From an uncultured Acidobacteriota bacterium (GTDB lineage Bacteria; Acidobacteriota; UBA6911): a stretch of 59,610 bases of DNA. The position numbers were made by a program, and so were the translations under genes. Positions within the stretch are counted from its first letter, which is position 1, and each line of letters begins with the position of its first letter. The stretch is from assembly GCA_963827655.1 (NCBI GenBank), contig CAWHCF010000003.1:1-59610 (forward strand). The letters run 5' to 3'. Positions 59,380 through 59,610 of this stretch are shown here, one piece after another. Under the pieces are notes generated by a model. That model did no database searches. It saw only the letters and a program-made list of their open reading frames with translations, and was not told where the DNA came from.

Positions 59380-59610
59380 CGCGGCATAAACTTCACCTAC
59401 GAGTTGCCGTTCGGACGAGGCAAGCCGCTAGGAGCGAGCTGGAACAAGGTGGCCGATGCTATCCTCGGCCAATGGCAGATCAACGGAATCGCCGTTATCG
59501 GCAGCGCGCGGCCAGTTTCAGTTCGGCGTGGTCCAGAACACCAGTTTTTCGTTCGGCGGGGGACAGCGCCCTGACTCGACCGGCAGGAGCGCAGACGTCC
59601 CCAAAGGCGA
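59380..59610 (+). pseudogene. Second fragment of an Oar-like TonB receptor C-terminal barrel (runs off the edge)
   Basis: NFTYELPFGRGK..AILGQWQINGI, then GGGQRPD in a shifted frame; no upstream receptor ORF. Confidence 0.7.

Overview
High-GC bacterial window. The Oar-type TonB receptor, PVC-type cytochrome and sulfatases suggest Acidobacteriota (inference only). Four zones. (1) 1-4.4 kb: a beta-propeller gene running off the left edge and an Opu/Osm-type osmoprotectant ABC transporter. (2) 4.4-27.2 kb: a mosaic accessory region with a TonB receptor, three type II TA loci (two with destroyed toxins), a secreted CxxCH/QW-repeat protein, amidohydrolase, ABC pair, PVC-type heme protein plus SGNH hydrolase, a double-domain sulfatase, a DAO plus BHMT-like pair and a PL11-like lyase. 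Its gene junctions repeatedly carry short-period (6/7/8-mer) repeat arms. (3) 27.4-54.8 kb: a minus-strand Wzx/Wzy-Wza/Wzc polysaccharide locus with a carbamoyltransferase, three methyltransferases, a deacetylase and a beta-helix enzyme, two inverted copies of a MITE and an orphan NarL-type regulator. (4) 55-59.6 kb: a large CorA-like GMN protein resembling type III CRISPR-associated CorA effectors with no cas genes in view, a BON/LysM gene, and a methyltransferase between two TonB fragments. About 14 frameshifted spots can all be repaired by removing 1-2 extra bases, so they are probably sequencing errors rather than pseudogenisation. No rRNA, tRNA or CRISPR array was seen. All family calls rest on motif recognition, not database searches.
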